From Nitrosopumilales archaeon (GTDB taxonomy: Archaea > Thermoproteota > Nitrososphaeria > Nitrososphaerales > Nitrososphaeraceae): DNA of 64,000 nucleotides. How positions within the stretch are numbered: the stretch's first letter is position 1; the number at the start of each line of letters is the position of its first letter. The position numbers and the translations under genes are program-made. The notes under the pieces were generated by a model that saw only the letters and a program-made list of their open reading frames with translations, did not search any database and was not told the origin of the DNA. The stretch covers positions 32,001 to 96,000 of the forward strand of contig JBIQJB010000001.1 in NCBI GenBank assembly GCA_044507735.1, written 5' to 3'. Below, in pieces: positions 60,797 through 64,000 of this stretch.

Positions 60797-61213
60797 ATGA
60801 GAGTAGATCACATCGCTATAGCGGTAAATAACGTAGAAGAGGCGCTCAAGAACTACCAAAAGATACTCAACATCGATCATCTGGAAATCGAGGAAGTTCC
60901 AAACGAGAAGGTCAAAGTTGCAATGCTGATGCTGCAGGACACCAGAATCGAGCTCATGGAGCCGACGGCGCCGGATAGCCCGATTTCAAAGTTCTTGCAG
61001 GACCGTGGGGAGGGAATCCACCATATCGCGATCACCGCCGACGACATTGAGAAAGACGTGGCAAGGGCCTCTGCCAATGGCATGAAGATGCTGGGGGGTC
61101 TGCGCACAGGATCATACGGTCGTAGAATCACGTTCATACATCCAAAATCCCTGAATGGCGTACTGACTGAATTCTGCGAAGCGCCGCCACACAACGGCAA
61201 AAAAGAAGAATAA
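60797..61213 (+). CDS. mce: methylmalonyl-CoA epimerase
   Basis: DHIAIAV, IELMEP, GEGIHHIA, FIHPK..NGVL.E. Confidence 0.93.
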   Translation: MRVDHIAIAVNNVEEALKNYQKILNIDHLEIEEVPNEKVKVAMLMLQDTRIELMEPTAPDSPISKFLQDRGEGIHHIAITADDIEKDVARASANGMKMLGGLRTGSYGRRITFIHPKSLNGVLTEFCEAPPHNGKKEE

Positions 61214-61229
61214 GCGCCGATATCTCCTT

Positions 61230-62210
61230 TTGTCATTGTTGCACTGCGAAGAGCTTGTAAGATCCCTGACTGCAAGCGTTGAGCGAAACCACGCCGACGC
61301 GCTCCTGCTCTCAGGCGGTCTTGACAGCAGCACCTTGGCAAGCATACTGCAACCCAATTATTCCGTCACTGCCGCATTTGGCACGGACGCACCAGACCTT
61401 GCACATGCCCGGCGGGTTGCACAAAGATACAGCAAGAAGCATGTAGAAGTCATCCTTGACCATAACAGGATGGCTGAACTGGTAGAGCGGGTGATCCAGA
61501 TCTTCAAGACTTTTGACCCGATTGAGATCAGGAACTCTGTGGTTGCTTTGGCGGGAATCGAACAGGCGAAAGCCGACTGTTATTCAAAAGTTATGACCGG
61601 CGACGGCGGCGACGAATTGTTTGCAGGCTACAACTACCTCTCACGCTACTACTCTGATATAGAAAGACTTGACCTGGAACTTCGCCGGCTTTGGGATGTG
61701 ATGCACTTTCCGTCAAAAAAACTGGGACAGCATCTAGGCGTTGAAATAATGACGCCCTTTCTGGACAACAAATTCGCGTCTTTTGCAAAGTCGATCGGCC
61801 CGCATGAAAAAGTCGGAGATCATGAAGGGAAGAAATGGGGCAAATTCATTCTAAGAAAATGCTTTGAGCCTGTCCTAGGGGATCTTGTGTGGAGGCCCAA
61901 GCTGGCGCAGGAACAGGGAGCAGCAACCGACAATTATCCGAGGCAGGTTGAGGCAATGATAAGCGACCTGACATTTGCAAACAAGGTTAGGATAGCGAAG
62001 GAAGAGGACGGCGTCATGATACGGAGCAAAGAACACCTTCACTATTACGCGATTTTCCGCAGCTATTTTCCGCCGCCAAGAGAAGATGAAGACGACAGTG
62101 ATTGCGAATTACGCTGTCCTGAGTGCCAAGGGTGCATGAAGCATGGCGGAAGGTTTTGCAGGACGTGTGGTGCGTTCCCTGTTACGCCCGTGCGCTCGCC
62201 ACTATTTTGA
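61230..62210 (+). CDS. asparagine synthase C-terminal domain protein with Zn ribbon
   Basis: LLSGGLDSS, TGDGGDELFAGY, PFLD, KFILR; CPEC..CRTC. Confidence 0.85.
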   Translation: MSLLHCEELVRSLTASVERNHADALLLSGGLDSSTLASILQPNYSVTAAFGTDAPDLAHARRVAQRYSKKHVEVILDHNRMAELVERVIQIFKTFDPIEIRNSVVALAGIEQAKADCYSKVMTGDGGDELFAGYNYLSRYYSDIERLDLELRRLWDVMHFPSKKLGQHLGVEIMTPFLDNKFASFAKSIGPHEKVGDHEGKKWGKFILRKCFEPVLGDLVWRPKLAQEQGAATDNYPRQVEAMISDLTFANKVRIAKEEDGVMIRSKEHLHYYAIFRSYFPPPREDEDDSDCELRCPECQGCMKHGGRFCRTCGAFPVTPVRSPLF

Positions 62211-62342
62211 ATACTTGCCAGGCTTTTTCACAAAGATCCTCTTGCAGCCTTCGCAGCAGAAATAGTAAGTCTTGCCGTTGTGTTCGTGGCTCACCGCCAG
62301 CTCTTGGTCCATTTCAATGCCGCATACGGGATCAACAGGCAC
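62202..62342 (-). CDS. YHS domain protein
   Basis: DPVCG.....GKTYYFCCEGC...F.KKPGKY; GTG start 62342. Confidence 0.85.
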   Translation of the reverse strand: MPVDPVCGIEMDQELAVSHEHNGKTYYFCCEGCKRIFVKKPGKYSK

Positions 62343-62620
62343 ATCTTCCAACGTTTGGATTGTGTATTTAATTTTTTCCAGCGTCCTGTTTTCTGTTGTG
62401 TAAATTTGAACTTGGCAATTCCTATTCGAATAACATTCGCTAGCAAGGCTGTAATTTGCAAATCTAGCATGCGTTCTTGTCACCGTAGACACTGAAAAGT
62501 GATAATTTTTTCCGAGCCATGCAACTGAGCACAGCATCCGTATCCATGTTGAGCAGTACAAAACTGACTGACTGGTCAGTTATCCTTATTAAGCAGGCAC
62601 CAATTCTATAGGCTGCTCGT

Positions 62621-63337
62621 ATGAATGCATTTGACCATAGCGGGAGCGATTCGGTCGTCCTCAAGGTAGAGAACATTACCAAGGTATTTGAGTCGGCGGC
62701 CGGTAGAGTCGCAGCTCTTCGCGGCGTGAACCTCTCGATAATGAAAGGCGAGTTTGTAGCTATTGTTGGGCCGTCGGGCAGCGGCAAATCCACCTTGCTC
62801 AACATGATAGGTGCGCTCGATAGGCCGACTTCTGGCAAGGTTATCATAAACGGAGTAGATGTCTTTTCTCTCTCGGATGGCGATCTTGCCACCATGCGAA
62901 ACCACCTTATTGGTTTCATCTTCCAGTCATACAACCTGATAAATCGGACTACTGTGCTAAAGAATGTCGAGCTCCCAGCTTTGCTGGCCGGCATGGAAGG
63001 CAGCAAGAGGCGGCAAAGGGCAATGAAACTCCTTGAGGTGCTTGGCATCAGCAACAAGGCTGACTTCAAGCCCACAAACCTGAGTGGCGGACAGCAGCAG
63101 AGAGTCGCAATAGCACGTGCGCTCATAAACGACCCTGCCATAATCCTCGCAGACGAGCCCACTGGCAACCTAGACACAAAGACTGGTAATGAAGTCTTTG
63201 ACCTGCTCAAGATGCTGTCAAGCAAGTTCAGGCGCACCATTGTCATGGTGACCCACAACCCCGAGCTTGCGGAGGCTACGGACAGAGCGATCTTTATTCG
63301 CGACGGCATGGTGGAAAAGGAGGTCGCATACCATTGA
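62621..63337 (+). CDS. ABC transporter ATP-binding protein (LolD/MacB type)
   Basis: GPSGSGKST, LSGGQQQRV, ADEPTGNLD, VTH. Confidence 0.95.
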   Translation: MNAFDHSGSDSVVLKVENITKVFESAAGRVAALRGVNLSIMKGEFVAIVGPSGSGKSTLLNMIGALDRPTSGKVIINGVDVFSLSDGDLATMRNHLIGFIFQSYNLINRTTVLKNVELPALLAGMEGSKRRQRAMKLLEVLGISNKADFKPTNLSGGQQQRVAIARALINDPAIILADEPTGNLDTKTGNEVFDLLKMLSSKFRRTIVMVTHNPELAEATDRAIFIRDGMVEKEVAYH

Positions 63338-64000
63338 CTAGCAGGATGATTCTGGCACTGCTCTTTGCATCAGGTCTGGTCCTGATCCCAGTTACATCCG
63401 CCTATGCACAAGAACGTGCGCCAAGCAGGGAAGAGATCATTCAAGCCAACTATAGCGGGCCAGTTTTTCTCGACGCTTACTGGACGTCTGGCTCTAGCTT
63501 TGAGGACGGTGCAGAAATAGATGTAGAGCCCGGCGACGGTGCTTCCAAGCTGGCTGTCGTACTGGTAAACAGAGGACCATCGGACATCTCGGGCATTACG
63601 GGCACCCTGACCCTTCCACCCGGCTTCCAGGCCACCGGCCGGCCTGCAGGGGCCCCTGCTGTAGCAACATACAACCAGCTCGCCAAGGTGGGGAACCCCT
63701 TCATCCTCTTTTTTGACGTGGACGTGATGGACAGTGCGGGAATCGGCGAACATACTGCTCGCTTGAGTGTGGAATATTCAAGGTTCTTTGAGACCGGAGT
63801 GCCGAGAACTGCGGTAATGGAGGCCACTTTCCGCGTGACAGGAAAGGCCATAGTCGGCGTAGGCAGCGGATCTAGTGCAGGCAACAATGACAGTGCTACC
63901 ATCAACAGCAGCCGAATTGCCGCCGGCAAGTTTGAAAATTACACATTTTATGTGGCAAACATGGGCACGGCTCCGATCACAAATGTCGTTGTAAGGATGC
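63334..64000 (+). CDS. secreted S-layer-like (COG1361-type) protein, 3' end outside the window
   Basis: TTG start overlapping the ABC stop; signal peptide (AYA); EIDVEPGDGASKLAVVLVNRG; open to the window end. Confidence 0.7.
   Translation, partial: MTSRMILALLFASGLVLIPVTSAYAQERAPSREEIIQANYSGPVFLDAYWTSGSSFEDGAEIDVEPGDGASKLAVVLVNRGPSDISGITGTLTLPPGFQATGRPAGAPAVATYNQLAKVGNPFILFFDVDVMDSAGIGEHTARLSVEYSRFFETGVPRTAVMEATFRVTGKAIVGVGSGSSAGNNDSATINSSRIAAGKFENYTFYVANMGTAPITNVVVRM

Overview
Chromosomal window from an ammonia-oxidising archaeon, most likely Nitrososphaera-like. The evidence is the L18-S5-L30-L15-SecY-Adk-DUF106-Cmk-Cbf5 gene order without L34e/L14e, PEFG-CTERM proteins, and mcm/mce/meaB of the 3HP/4HB cycle. 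Bases 1-6335 are the end of the spc ribosomal operon. An intron-containing tRNA-Ser(GGA) at 7025-7125 is the target of a ~31.3 kb integrated element bounded by a perfect 20-bp direct repeat (7108-7127 and 38373-38392). The element has three parts. (i) A tyrosine integrase plus a plasmid-like module: an AbrB-like gene, a protein with Rep_trans-like rolling-circle motifs, and a repeat/hairpin region that may be the origin. (ii) A defence-like block: PD-(D/E)XK/DUF5655 protein, RNase J-like MBL hydrolase, RusA-like protein, and a Type III R-M system whose res gene is frameshifted inside an (AG)n tract, suggesting phase variation. (iii) A ~14 kb array of single, mostly co-oriented genes for surface/secreted proteins whose junctions repeatedly carry CTTTTGAGCCTTTGG(CTACAG), together with an orphan tRNA 3' half and a duplicated DUF72 5' end. 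This cassette-like array is the best candidate for an undescribed system. After attR come host genes: methyltransferase, DASS transporter, a thermosome/Hsp20/CDC48/Lon-like cluster, a wHTH gene with a repeated palindromic operator, ilvC, the methylmalonyl-CoA mutase cluster and the start of an ABC transporter operon. All family calls are motif recognition by eye; no searches were run.
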